A DNA stretch of 64,000 nucleotides from Eledone cirrhosa (GCA_964016885.1 OZ024742.1:195858001-195922000); one strand, 5' to 3'; shown: positions 1 to 12,891, counted from the first letter of the stretch. Notes: generated by a model from the letters alone, not told the origin. Program-made: numbers and translations.

Positions 1-1128
1 TTTGGCCTGCTGAACTGGTCATTGCAAGAACTAAGTGAGATGGATGTTAGAACTCACAAACTTCTAAGTGTTACTGGGAACTTTAACATCAATGGTGATG
101 TGGATAGGCTATACTTCTCACGCAAGGAAGGTGGCCGGGATCTAAAATCCATATTAACATCATATGAGACCCGGATAGTAACACTGAAGCAACATCTTCA
201 ACAGAGGAAAAAGGTTGGCAACCATCTTGCTGAGGTTTATGAGCATGAAAAAAAAAATATCATTAGAATAGCCACTGATCTGGAGGAGAGATATGGAATA
301 AAGCCTGATATAAATCTTTCACTCAGAGAAATCGGAAGATCCTATTCAATGTTCAAATAAGATGAAAAAATTGACCAATTTACAGAAAAGGTTGTGCATG
401 GATACTTGAGACGTAAAACACAGACCATAGAGGGGATAAACCACTCAAAAAGCCTGGTATGGAGTTCCGACAAGTTTATGACATAACACCTTGAGGGATA
501 TCTCTATGCAATACAGGAACAAGAACTCCCTACCAAATATCTTCTGAACAAAAGGGGAGGGCCATGTAAAACAAAGATCGAGGATGTAAGCCACATTGTT
601 GCCAGCTGCGAAAGAATGTCATCTCGCTACTACCTCCCCATGAGACACGATGTGATAGCTAGAACCACCTGGAACGCACTTCGGAAAACAAAATTAAGAA
701 CAAACGAGGAAGAATATATTGAGACAGATGGCACTAAGGAATACCGGTGGAACTTGAAAATAAAAACTGCCACCAAATTAAAGCACAACCGGCCTGATAT
801 TGTTGTTTGGGACCACACATTGAAAACGTGTTCTGTTGTGGAGAGCAGCTGCCCACTTCATGTAAACGTTGTCAGAAAAATACAGGAGAAGGAGGACATC
901 TACGGACCATTGATGAGGAGTTTACAAATCCAGTATCCAAGATGCACCTTTAGCTTCATACCCATCATTATTGGAGCTACGGGTTATATACCAACCCGCT
1001 TGGACCAAAGTATGACTGAACTTGGATTTGCGGACAAACAGCGCAGCTCCCTAATTCATAGTCTACAAATGGCTGCGATATCTGGCACCTTCAAAATTTG
1101 CAAAACATTCTTGCGATTCAAGGGATGA
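1..1128 (+). mobile_element. Degenerate 3' part of a Dong/R4-like (restriction-like endonuclease) non-LTR retrotransposon
   Basis: Broken ORFs 22-360 (DVDRLYFSRKEGGR, RT C-terminal region) and 616-1128 (RHD...HNRPDIVVWD...VVESSCP...KEDIY, RLE motif), separated by stops. Confidence 0.85.
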
Positions 1129-1224
1129 CAATTTCTTTTCTTTTACAACCTTGCCACCAGGAAGGTGGCCGGTCAAAAAAATATACTCGAAATTAGGAGA
1201 AAGAGATAACATACATACATATAA

Positions 1225-1834
1225 GATGGCTGCCCCCTCGTTATAGAGTATGGCCATTGCACGATATACCATTATTAAAAATTATTAAATAATTCTACCG
1301 TGCAATGTCTGTGCGTGAAGATTTTTTTTAAGTGAGGAAAGACTGAGCACTGAGCCAATCCCACTCTCTCAGGGATAGTAGCTATAACCCGAAAAGAAGA
1401 ATAGATCAACATCATCGGTAACGACTGAGCCGCAGGTTTTATATCGGAATTATCCCAGTTTCCTGAGTTACCTTCTCCTAGAAGAATTCCCTGATTAAGG
1501 ATAGGGGTCCTTCACTCCCAGTGGTTTAACCGCGCGATCGGGTGTCCAGCCCGACTATTTCTATGTCCCCGCGCATATACATACACATGCACCCATGTAC
1601 ATATACATACATATGTACATGTGTATATACATATTTACACACTTTTGGATGGCCGTTGACTCTTATGAGTTGTTCCGCTCTTTGTCAGGTTTTGTTTTTT
1701 GTTCTGCAGGGTGTCCAAAATCACCCTCCTTACCAAGTAAACTTGGTGGGGTTGCCGGTTTAGTCGCGACGACCCGGCCATGCAACAGGTTGTACTGGGT
1801 TACATGTTACCAGTAGCACTCAAGAGTGACCCGA
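1225..1834 (-). mobile_element. Non-autonomous bipartite RTE derivative (5' UTR joined to 3' terminus), family 1
   Basis: ~1295-1574 matches the RTE 5' UTR at ~5825-6102 and 37467-37745; 1225-1265 matches the RTE 3' end (tcgtgcaatggccatactc-gataacgagggggcagccatc); no ORF; (CATA)n on both sides. Confidence 0.8.
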
Positions 1835-1896
1835 CATACATACATACATACATACATACATACATACATACATACATACATACATACATACATGAT

Positions 1897-4800
1897 GATG
1901 GCTTCCCCCTCGTTATCGAGTATGGCCATTGCACGAGGAGAAAAAAAATTAATAAATAAATAAAAAAGAAAATAACAAAAAAAAAGAAATATATATATAT
2001 ATACACATATACACATACATATACACACACACATATACATTAATAACAATAATAATAATAATAATAACAACAATAATAATAACGACAACAACAATAATAA
2101 TATACATATACATATATATATACACATACACGCACACACATAAACATATCTATACACACTCAAACATACGATAGCAACTAACAGCGCTGCGATCGAATGT
2201 GGCTTTTTAGCCTAGCCAATTATCTAAAATGTCTTGCACAGAGTCGGCAACCAAAACATTCACTGGGAATAGTCGGCTGTGGTTGGAGTTCGTGTACTTT
2301 TGCATGTCGCTTGAGCCCTCCTGCTGATTTACATTCTCTACCACATGCTTGGCAAGCATGATGAGTAGCATCTCCAACAGCAGCCTGGTAGTCAACCACT
2401 GGTCTTACTTTATGACTGCGAAGATGACTTTCGAGTCCAGCTTTGCTTAGGCAGAGTCTCGCACAGACGCTGCATGTCAGCACCATAGGAGGACCCTCGC
2501 CGTCTGGAAGTGCAACAGCAATGCCCTTCCTCACATCCTGCTTTACTTTCTCGTATGCGATTTGAGATGCCTCAAAGGCAACTTTTCCCTCATATACAGT
2601 CTTTCTCCATTTATTACGATCAGCAGCAATATTTTCCCATGTATCAGCAGAGATGTTAGCGTCTTTCAGAGAGGCTTTCAAGGAATCCTTATACCTCTTT
2701 TTTGGTTTATGTGGCGGTCGTTTTCCTTTAACCAACTCTCAATAAAAGAGTTGTTTTGGTATTCTAGAATCCTTCATCCTGGCAAGGTAACAAGTCCAAC
2801 GGAGTCGTTGCTTAAGCACAAGAGCTTCTATACTGTCACACATAGAGCTTTCCAAAATCTCGACATCACTGATGTGGTCCCTCCAGTGGACGCCATGGAT
2901 CCGTCTGAGACACATCTGATGGAAACGCTCCAATTGCTTAAGGTGGTGTCGATATGTGACCCAGGTCTCGCAGGCATAAAGAAGACAAGAGAGCACACAT
3001 GCCCTGTACACCTTTACCTTTGTCCTCCTGCATATGTCTCGCCGACCCCAGAGTCGCTTTTGTAGCTTTCCGAAAGCATCGCTTGGTTTCCTAATCCTAA
3101 GTGAGATTTCACTGTCAAGGTTGCTGTATCGATTGACAGTGCTTCCCAGGTAGACAAACTGATCAACCACTCCAAGTAGTTTACCATACACATAGATGTT
3201 TGGTTCAGTGTACTGCTTACCAGGGGCAGGTTGGTACATGACGACGGTTTTCTTGAGACTGACAGTCAATCCTAGTGCAGTGCAAGCGTCAGAAAATGCA
3301 TTCAAAATGTGCTGCATATCACTCTCTGTGTGCGCTACAAGATCGCAATCATCTGCATACAAGAGGTCTCTTATGATTGATGTAAATACTTTTGTCTTTG
3401 AAGCAAAGCGCCTGATGTTAAATATGCTGCCTGAGGTTCGATATCGGATGTAAACACCGTGCTCGCAATTCCTGAATGCAATACAGAAAACCATTGCAAA
3501 GTATATGGCAAACAGGGTCGGTGCTGGAATATCCCCCTGTTTCACTCCATTTTTTACTGAGATAGGCTCCGACATGTTACCTCCGACATTAACCCAAGCC
3601 TTCATGTCGTCATGGAAAGACCTAACTAAAGCAAGGAACTTATCAGGGCAACAAAGTTTCTGGAGAACCTTCCATAATGCATCTCTGTTGACAGTATCGA
3701 AAGCCTTTGTCAGATCGACAAAAACCTGATACAGATCCAAGCCTTGTTCAATGCACTTCTCCTGGAGCTGTCTAGCTGAGAAGATCATATCAGTAGTGCC
3801 GCGTCCAGCACGAAAACCAGATTGACTTTCAGGAAGAACACAATCTGCAATGTGTGTCAGCAGACGGTCCAGAAGCACCCTACATAAAACTTTCCCTACG
3901 ACAGAAAGCAATGATATACCTCTGTAGTTCCCACAATCATTCCTGTTACCCTTTCCCTTGTACAAGACCATCGTTACTGCATCTCTCCAGTCCTCAGGTA
4001 CGGATTCATTAGCCCATATCCTGCCAAACAAAGAGTGAAGATGTTGCAGGAGTCTCTCACCACCGTATTGTAGGAGCTCAGCATGTATGCCATCCATACC
4101 TGGAGATCTTCCACTGTTCAGTTTCGAAATAGCCACTGCAACCTCCACAAGCGTCGGAGGTTCTGCGAGAGCTACTTTCACAGGACTTTCTGGAATGAGA
4201 TTGAGGAAATCTTCACTGACGACAGACGGCTGATTCAAAATATCATCAAAGTGCTCTCGCTACCTTCGTAGAATTCCTTGTGAGTCACGAAGAAGTTCTT
4301 TGCCATCCTTGCTGCGAAGCGGTGTCACCAGAGAAGAAGACGGTCCATAAACCTCACGCAAGAGACTGTGCAACAGCTTTGTGTTATTGGAATCAGACGC
4401 AGTTTGTATCTCACCAGCCTTCTCACTCCACCACTGATCCTTCATCTGAGAAAGACTCCGCCTAACACGTGATTTTACATCCCTGAGTTCCTCATGCAAC
4501 GTATTCCTCTCCTGTGGTTTTGCCGTCAAGTAGCGTGACAGAGCACGCCTCTTATCAGCCAACAAGTCTTCTATATGTACATCATTCTCATCAAACCAGT
4601 CCTGATGTTTCCTCTGCGCCAATCCCAGAACACGCCTGCCTACATCATAAACCGACTTTTTAAGGATCGGCCAATCCTCACCAAGATCTGCAGCCTGCAT
4701 CTCTTCTTCCAATGTCCTCTTCACATTTTTATTCTTAAGACGAGCAGCATTCAATCTTTTGGGCAGGGCAACACCAGGAGCCCGGATTTTACGTTTAGTG

Positions 4801-5764
4801 ATTAGTTTCACTTTTGCGCGTACCAGGCGGTGGTCCGTCCAGCACTCAGCTCCACGAAGAACACGAACACACTGCACATCCTGTCTGTCACGTATCCTGA
4901 CTAGGACGTAGTCCAAAAGATGCCATTCCTTAGATGCAGGATGCATCCATGTGGTCTTGAATTTGTTCTTTTGTTGGAACATGGTGTTGGTAACAGACAG
5001 ATCCAGCTCCTCACACATCTGCAGCATGAGCATACCATTGCTGTTACACTTTCCCACCCCATGCCTTCCGATTACATTCCATGTGTTAAAATCCCTACCC
5101 ACTCTAGGATTAAAGTCACTAAGCACGATGACTTTGTCTGCCTGAGTGATATTTCTTAAAACACCTTTCAAGGCATGGTAAAAGGACACCTTTTCCTCAT
5201 CGACAGAACTCATAGTTAGAGCATACACACTCATCAGGGTAGTATATCTTCCCTTGTCCAGCGGAACTCTCATGGACATAAGACGCTCACTAATCCCTAC
5301 TGGGAATTCTTCTAATTTGTTCACAAGCACAGTCTTAACAACAAATCCTACCCCAGCCTCTCTTCTGGTTCCTTCATCTCTTCCTTTCCAGAAGAATGTA
5401 TATTCTCCACGAAATTCCGTAAGATGACCATCTCCAGCTAGCCTCGTCTCAGATAAAGCCACGATGTCAAGATCGTAACGTCGAAGCTCCTTTGCAACAA
5501 GAGCGGTCCTTCGTTCAGGACGCCCCAAGGAATCCCTGTCAAGCAGCGTCCGTACGTTCCAGCAGCCAAGACTAAATGCCTTGTTTGGCTCTATTACAAT
5601 GGCACGATGACGAGCGGGCCCAGGCTGTGATAACCTGGGGCCCCTGCCCTTATTTCCAATGATCTTTTTTGTTCCAGAACCTAAATTGCCAATTATCTCT
5701 TTTATATTGTTCTGGAACATCAATGAATTGGAAAAAAAAAAAAAGAAAAAAAAAAGTAATAATA

Positions 5765-5795
<31 letters not shown>

Positions 5796-6100
5796 TAGTA
5801 CACTATTAATAATTATTAATGCACTCGTGCAATTCCTGTGCGTGACGAATATTTTTAAAGTGAGGAAAGACTGTGCACTGAGCCAATCCCACTCTCTGAG
5901 CGACAGTAGCTATAACCCGAAAAGAAGAAAAGATCAACATCATCGGTAACTACTGAGCCGCAGGTTTTATATCGGAGTTAACCCAGTTTCCTGAGATGCC
6001 TTCTCCTAGAAGAATGCCCTGACAAGGGCTAGGGGTTCTTCACTCCTAGTGGTTTAACTGCGCGATCGGGCATCCAGCCCGATTATTTCTATGTCTCCGC

Positions 6101-6102
<2 letters not shown>
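1897..6102 (-). mobile_element. RTE-clade (BovB-like) LINE, copy 1; single APE-RT ORF (5723 to 2178) broken by premature stops
   Basis: APE motifs GCWNVRTL, ALSETR, SDFN, TDH; RT motifs QSGFR, FVDLTKAFD, GVKQGD, LYADD; C-terminal C2H2 fingers; stops near 4260, 2739 and 2220; (TATG)n tail. Confidence 0.95.
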
Positions 6103-6134
<32 letters not shown>

Positions 6135-6364
6135 ATTGACACTTATACGTACGACACACACACGCGCATACATATGCGCGCACACAGAAACACTCATACA
6201 TACAAACAAACACACACACGCTACTCTACTCACTTACACACACACACACACATATATATATATATTACCGTCATTACTGATACAAGATTACAAGATTATG
6301 TCAACTGTTGACTTTCAAGAGTTTGTATAGTCGAAGCCGATCGTATTACAGTCCAGTATTATTA

Positions 6365-6520
6365 TAATTGCTTTACAGCATAGAGTCACGGCCCTCCACA
6401 CTCTGAGCTTAAATCCCGCCGAGGTCAACCTTGCCTTTCATCCCCACGGAGTCAACAAAAGAGAGTACCAGTGATGCGCTGACAGTCGCTGGATCCGTGC
6501 CAAAAGCAGAAAAATTATTA
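6365..6520 (+). mobile_element. Diverged copy of the tRNA-derived SINE (mirrored at ~37070-37230 on the minus strand)
   Basis: ctgagcttaaatcccgccgaggtcaaccttgcctttcatcc...gtaccagt...gtgccaaaagcagaaaaattatt matches the SINE copies elsewhere in the window. Confidence 0.75.
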
Positions 6521-6610
6521 TTAAAGTTTTCTTACGGCTCGGTCGCTGGTGATGGTGATGGCGGCGGCGGTAGTCGTGGTGGTGGCAGTTGATGTTGTTG
6601 TTGTGTTGTG

Positions 6611-6646
<36 letters not shown>

Positions 6647-6880
6647 GTTATTTTGAGTTTTGGGTTTTTTTTTCCTTTTTTTTCCCTTTCCTTTCTTTTT
6701 TTTAATCTTTTGATGCCGCTGCTGTTGTTGTTGTTGTTGTAAATGTTCATTTCAGTTCATTCTGAAGCTGTTGTTGCTGTAAACATTAGTGCCGGTGTTG
6801 TTGTTGTAGATGTTGGGGTTGAAATCTGGTCGTTTGACTGAGTGATGTATATACACACATATACATATATATATATATAT

Positions 6881-7647
6881 ATACATTAAAATATATGATA
6901 AACACAAAACATGTTTACATTGTAACAGACAAAGTTAGCCATTAATGAAATAAACTAATTAAAGTGAATACAATTTGTCTGTCTCGATATAAGTCAATAA
7001 AGACAAGCTTATATTGGCAATGGCCATGGTTCCTGGACATATTTAAATTTCAAAATCCAAACCTGCTCCGTAGATGAATTTGAACCTCGAAACCCAAATA
7101 CGTTTCGCAACGGTGGTACGTGAATTGAAAAATAAAGAGAATCGAAATGGAATTGAAATAAAAATTGAAATATCCAAATCTTCTGTACTTTTCAACAGGA
7201 ACCCAGTAAAATTAGTATATTTCACATCAAAAATTTAGCAGGTCTGACTACACGTGTGCAGCCAGGCCAAATTAGCCGTCCCGCATTCCCGGTGCTAGAA
7301 ATAACAGCCGTTTATGCGGGATTAAAGATCAGCTCTACAGTTAAGGAGCAATATACTATATTATATTTTGAGAATAAACTCTCAGTCGTTTACAATAATC
7401 CAGCTCCAAGAAAAGGGGCATTTCCGAGCAGTTAAATACATTAAAATATATGATAAACACAAAACGTGTTTGCATTGTAACAGACAAAGTTAGCCATTAA
7501 TGAAATAAACTAATTAAAGTGAATACAATTTGTCTGTCTCGATATAAGTCAATAAAGACAAGCTGATATTGGCAATGGCCATGGTTCCTGGACATATTTA
7601 AATTTCAAAATCCAAACCTGCTCCGTAGATGAATTTGAACCTCGAAA
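6881..7647. mobile_element. Unclassified non-coding insertion with 212-bp direct terminal repeats (period 555 bp)
   Basis: 6881-7092 is nearly identical to 7436-7647; inserted in (TA)n; absent from the paralogous site near 36720-36760. Confidence 0.75.
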
Positions 7648-8107
7648 TATATACACATTCAACAGAGAGTAGAGAGTTTGACAACAGGTCGATGACTTTA
7701 GTCTAGATAGGGTAATGACATGTGATGGTGGGGAGAGAGTGTAGACGTTATTGTGGTGGCGGGGGACAGTGAGATGTATCTAGTTCATTTGACCGTTTTC
7801 TTCTCTTTGCAAAATTTGAATTTTAGCCATGTTATATTGAGATGTAAGTAAATGTAAAATGTAAAATATAAATAAGGATTGCTCTGCTAAAATATACTAA
7901 AATATTTGTGTAACTTCCACAAACTTCTGTCGTGACATTCCCGAGTCCAGTGACCAAAAAATTGTTGTACTTTGATGTTTCAGAATACAAAAATTAATTA
8001 AAAACTTACCCCACGAAAAGACAGCGTGTGTTGTCCTATCTATAAGCTTCCTCATACATACATACATACATACATACATACATACATACATACATACATA
8101 CATACAT

Positions 8108-8516
8108 GGTGGCTGCCAACTCGTTTTCGAGTACGGCCACTACTTTATATCCATGCAGGAGAACCCCTACCGATGCGCTGAACGAGTGTGACTTTTTAGT
8201 CCAGCCAGCGACTTGTAAACTCTGGTACAAACACTACACTTGTGACAATTATTGACACTTAGTGCTGGGCCCATGGTACCATGTGACGACAAGTGCAGGG
8301 AGATCTCCAGATATAAAGCAATGCCTGTGCCGTGAAGCTTTTATAGTGAGCAAAGGCACTGCACAAAGCCAGTCCCACTCTCTTAACCAAGATGATATTT
8401 ACCAAAAAGAAGAACAAGTCAACATCATTGGATACCATCAGGGTTGCAGGTGTTATATCAGAGTTTTCCTTCTCCTAGAATTCTGCCTTGACAAAGACTA
8501 AGGGGTCATCTCTCCC
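8108..8516 (-). mobile_element. Non-autonomous RTE derivative, family 2, 5'-shortened copy
   Basis: Reverse complement of ~35510-35918; carries the ttctaggagaaggaaaactctga 5' UTR motif and the ctcgaaaacgag 3' stem; (CATA)n on both sides. Confidence 0.8.
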
Positions 8517-8517
8517 A

Positions 8518-8548
<31 letters not shown>

Positions 8549-8558
8549 CATACATACA

Positions 8559-8591
<33 letters not shown>

Positions 8592-8625
8592 TTAAATATT
8601 CGTTTAAATATATATATATATGTAT

Positions 8626-10010
8626 GTAGGTAGGTAGGTCGGTAGGTAGGTAGATAGGTAGGTAGGTAGGTTGGTAGGTAGGTAGGTAGATAGGTAGGTA
8701 GGTAGGTTGGTAGGTAGGTAGCTAGGTAGGTTGGTAGGTAGGTAGGTAGATAGGTAGGTAGGTAGGTTGGTAGGTAGGTAGGTAGATAGATAGATAGATA
8801 CGTAGGTAGATGAGAGGTAGGTAGATAGATAGGTAGGTATGTAAGTAGTTAGGATGGTAGGTAGGTAGGTAGGTAGGTAGGTAGATAGGTAAGAAGCTAG
8901 GTAGGTAGGTAGGTAGGTAGGTAGGTAGGTAGGTAGGTAGGTAGGTAGGTAGGTAGGTAGGTAGGTAGGTAGGTAGGTAGGTAGGTAGGTAGGTAGGTAG
9001 GTTGATATGTAGGTAGGTAGATAGATAAATACGTAGGTACATGAGAGGTAGGTAGATAGATAGGTAAGTAGGTAGGTAGGTAGGTAGGTAGGTAGGTAGG
9101 TAGGTAGGTAGGTAGCTAGGTAGGTAGGTAGGTAGATAGGTAGGTAGCTAGGTAGGTAGGTAGGTAGGTAGGTAGGTAGGTAGGTAGGTAGGTAGGTAGG
9201 TAGGTAGATAGGTAGGTAGGTAGATAGGTAGGTAGGTAGGTAGGTAGGTAGGTAGGTAGGTAGGTAGGTAGGTAGGTAGGTAGGTAGGTAGCTAGGTAGG
9301 TAGGTAGATAGGTAGGTAGGTAGGTAGGTAGGTAGGTAGGTAGGAAGGTAGGTAGGTAGGTAGGTAGGTAGGTAGGTAGGTAGGTAGGTAGGTAGGTAGC
9401 TAGGTAGGTAGGTAGGTAGGTAGATAGGTAGGTAGGTAGGTAGGTAGGTAGGTAGGTAGGTAGGTAGATAGGTAGGTAGGTAGGTAGGTAGGTAGGTAGG
9501 TAGGTAGGTAGGTAGGTAGGTAGGTAGGTAGGTAGCTAGGTAGATAGGTAGGTAGGTAGGTAGGTAGGTAGGAAGGTAGGTAGGTAGGTAGGTAGGTAGG
9601 TAGGTAGGTAGATAGGTAGGTAGGTAGGTAGGTAGGTAGGTAGGTAGGTAGGTAGCTAGGTAGGTAGGTAGGTAGATAGGTAGGTAGGTAGGTAGGTAGG
9701 TAGGTAGGTAGGTAGGTTGGTATGTAGGTAGGTAGATAGATACGTAGGTACATGAGAGGTAGGTAGGAAAGTAGGTAGGTAGATAGGTAAGAAGGTAGGT
9801 AGGTAAGTAGGTAGGTAGGTAGGTAGGTAGGTAGGTAGGTAGATAGGTAAGAAGCTAGGTAGGTAGGTAGGTAGGTAAGTAGGTAGATGAGAGGTAGGTA
9901 GATAGATAGGTAGGTATGTAAGTAGTTAGGATGGTAGGTAGGTAGGTAGGTAGGTAGGTAGGTAGGTAGGTAGGTAGGTAGGTAGGTAGGTAGGTAGGTA
10001 GGTAGGTAGA
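8626..10010. repeat. ~1.4-kb (TAGG)n microsatellite with TAGA/TAGC variants
   Basis: Directly visible; abuts the 3' end of the Tx1 fragment at 10011; a second tract lies at 11281-11408. Confidence 0.97.
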
Positions 10011-11280
10011 TATCTTTCTTTATTTGCCACAGGGGCGTACAAAAATGGGACATTACAAGACGTGGGTTTTATATAAAATCTTTAACAATGATGAATAACA
10101 ATAAACTATATATAAAATAAAACAATCGAAATCCCCATTAGGGGGGGGGGGCGTTACTGCGGGGTTGTTTTACACCCAGTGGATATAACAACCCTCAACA
10201 CCAGGAACACGTGTTGTAGGTGTTCCCCTCTTCTCTCTGTTTATCTTCCTCAACCTACAGGTTTATATACAGAGAAGGCCCATTCACTCGGGCCATTTTC
10301 GTCACATTCACCCACCTTTCAGCGAATTTATTGGGGTGTAGCACCTCTCTCTCCGCTCTCACCTTCCTTCTGAAGTGGTACTTAAAGAAGGGGATAAGTT
10401 GTTGTCCGGAGAGAAAGGTGTTTGCCCTCAGTTCTTTTAACCTCGTCCACCATGTTATCTCTTTCCGCCATAGCCACCAAACAAAGGAAAACCGTCTCTC
10501 CTTCAATCTTTAATGAATGCGGCGGGGTGATCCTCACGATGGACTCGGCTGACAACTGGATGCGTCCCACACGTGACAGTAGCTGTTCGACATAATACCA
10601 CAGGTCGGTCACCCCTAGGAACTGAACAATTGCGTGCAGAACGGTTTCGATGTCCTGCTCGCATCTTGGACATGTCCTTTTGGCAGGATCTCTGCCAGGG
10701 CGTCCGTGCCTGTAGATTTTGTTTCGAACTGGTAAAGCTCCTCGGTAGCACTGCCAGGCCAGAGACCTCTGGAAGTTATCTATAGGTCCTGGACGGAAAG
10801 TCCTCCCGAACAGACTGGTCAGTTCGTCCTCCTCTACGCCTAGAGTTTCTCCTAGCGTGTCGTCGCACTTGCTGCGGACCAACCCTCTATAGAATGTCGA
10901 AGTGGAGTCTCCACTGATCGCCGGGTCCGTTTGCCAGAGGATTGTGAGCGCCTGAGCACATTCGATGTGCCAGTCGCCCATTTTCCTCGGTCTTTGTTTG
11001 ACCCAGGACTGCAGCTTGGTCAGTGAGACGAGTCGTGGGAAGGCTCGCCTCACGAACGGGACCCACACCGGTTGTCTGGTGAGGAATACATTGAGGTGCC
11101 GCAGCCTGAGCGCGTGTTTGCGCATCGTCAGCCACGGCAACCCCAGCCCTCCGTTTGAAGGGTGTTGGCAGCAGATGGATCTTCTCACCAAAGGAGCCCG
11201 TTTCTTCCAAAGGGATTGGAGGAGCGCGCACTCCATTTTGGTGAGCGTTTTGGCTGGACAAGGCACGACGGTCAAGCGGT
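10011..11280 (-). mobile_element. 3' fragment of an L1/Tx1-like LINE (subfamily close to 57381-63216)
   Basis: ORF2 C-terminus (GGLGLPWL, WQCYRGALPVR, CPRC...ETVLHA zinc knuckle); 3' UTR ending cccctgtggcaaataaagaaa then (TACC)n. Confidence 0.9.
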
Positions 11281-12112
11281 AGGTAGATAGATAGGTAAGT
11301 AGGTAGAAAGGTAGGTAGGTAGGTAGGTAGGTAGGTAGGTAGGTAGGTAGGTAGGTAGGTAGGTAGGTAGGTAGGTAGGTAGGTAGGTAGGTAGGTAGGT
11401 AGGTAGGTACACAAACTAGCAAAACAGTCAAAAGTGGTGTGGTGAATAGTAAAACAGAATATGTAACTTGATGTCTTTGACTATGTGAAGTCACTTCAAG
11501 CCCTGAGTTTTCTTTGACCTTCGTAATTTTCAATCCACTACCACCACCACCACTACCACCACCACCACCACTACAACCACCAGTGATACTACTAAATATC
11601 TATTAGTCACCACCATTATAACTACCACCACCACTACAACTACCATCACCATCACAACCACAACAACTATCACCATTTTACATAACTATCTATCTATAAG
11701 CCGCCGCCACCTCCACCGATACCACTACCGATCTGAAAACTACCATCCCACTCGTTTCAGATGCTCATCTTCTCACCTCATCATCAACAAAATGATGACT
11801 GTACAAATTAGTTTAACACTGAAAAGTAAAAGTTAGAGAAAGTCAGACCAAACGTTTCGGGTTACATCCATCATTAAAAAGAAGAAGAAAAGACGAAAGT
11901 TGGGAGAGTTTTGACAACAAATTGTGTATATCGTTGCTAAGAGAGTTTGTGTTTGGTTGCAAAGAGAATTTATATGGCGGTGAGGTAACTGTGTGTGTCT
12001 GTATTGGTGTGTTGAAGTGTTCATTAAATTGTATTCATAAATGTAATCGTTAAAATAATAATTCATGTAATTATAAAGGAGTTAAATTATAGAAGTGGAA
12101 TTAAATTACCTT

Positions 12113-12850
12113 CACCACCACCACTACCACCGCTACCACCTCCACCGCCACTACCACCACCACCACCACTACCACCACCACTACCACCACCACCACCACT
12201 ACCACCACCACTACCACCACCACCACCACCACCACTACCACCACCACTACCACCACCACTACCACCACCACCACTAACACCACCACCACCACCACCGCCA
12301 CTACCACCACCACCACCACTACCACCACCACTACCTCCACTACCGCCACCATCACCACTACCACCACCACTACCACCACCACCACTACCACCACTACCAC
12401 CACCACTAACACCACCACCACTACCACCACCACCACCACCGCCACTACCGCCACCACCACCACCACTACCACCACTACCACCACCACTACCACAACTACC
12501 ACCACCACCACCACCGCCACCACTACCACCACCACCACCACCACTACCACCACCACCACTACCACCACCACCACCACCACCGCCACTACCACCACCACCA
12601 CCACTACCACCACCACTACCTCCACTACCGCCACCATCACCACTACCACCACCACTACCACCACTAACACCACCACCACTATCACCACCACCACCACCGC
12701 CACTACCGCCACCACCACCACCACCACCACTACCACCACCACTACCACAACTACCACCACCACCACTACCACCACCACCACTACCACCACCACCGCCACT
12801 ACCGCCACCACCATCACTACCACCACCACAGCCACTATCACCACTACCGT
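12113..12850. repeat. (CAC/CTA)-type trinucleotide compound microsatellite
   Basis: Directly visible ACCACCACT repeats; source of the spurious poly-Val and poly-His ORFs. Confidence 0.95.
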
Positions 12851-12891
12851 TACTATATTACTAACAGCACCATGACTACTATCACTTATGC

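Noticed and set aside
10382-11533. 383-aa ORF as a novel fusion protein
   Set aside because: Chance read-through from flanking DNA across (CCTA)n into a truncated, frameshifted Tx1 ORF2.
11840-11880. Hammerhead-like GAAAC...GTC on the minus strand (similar weak cases near 52200 and 52880)
   Set aside because: Core and stems I/II cannot be formed convincingly.
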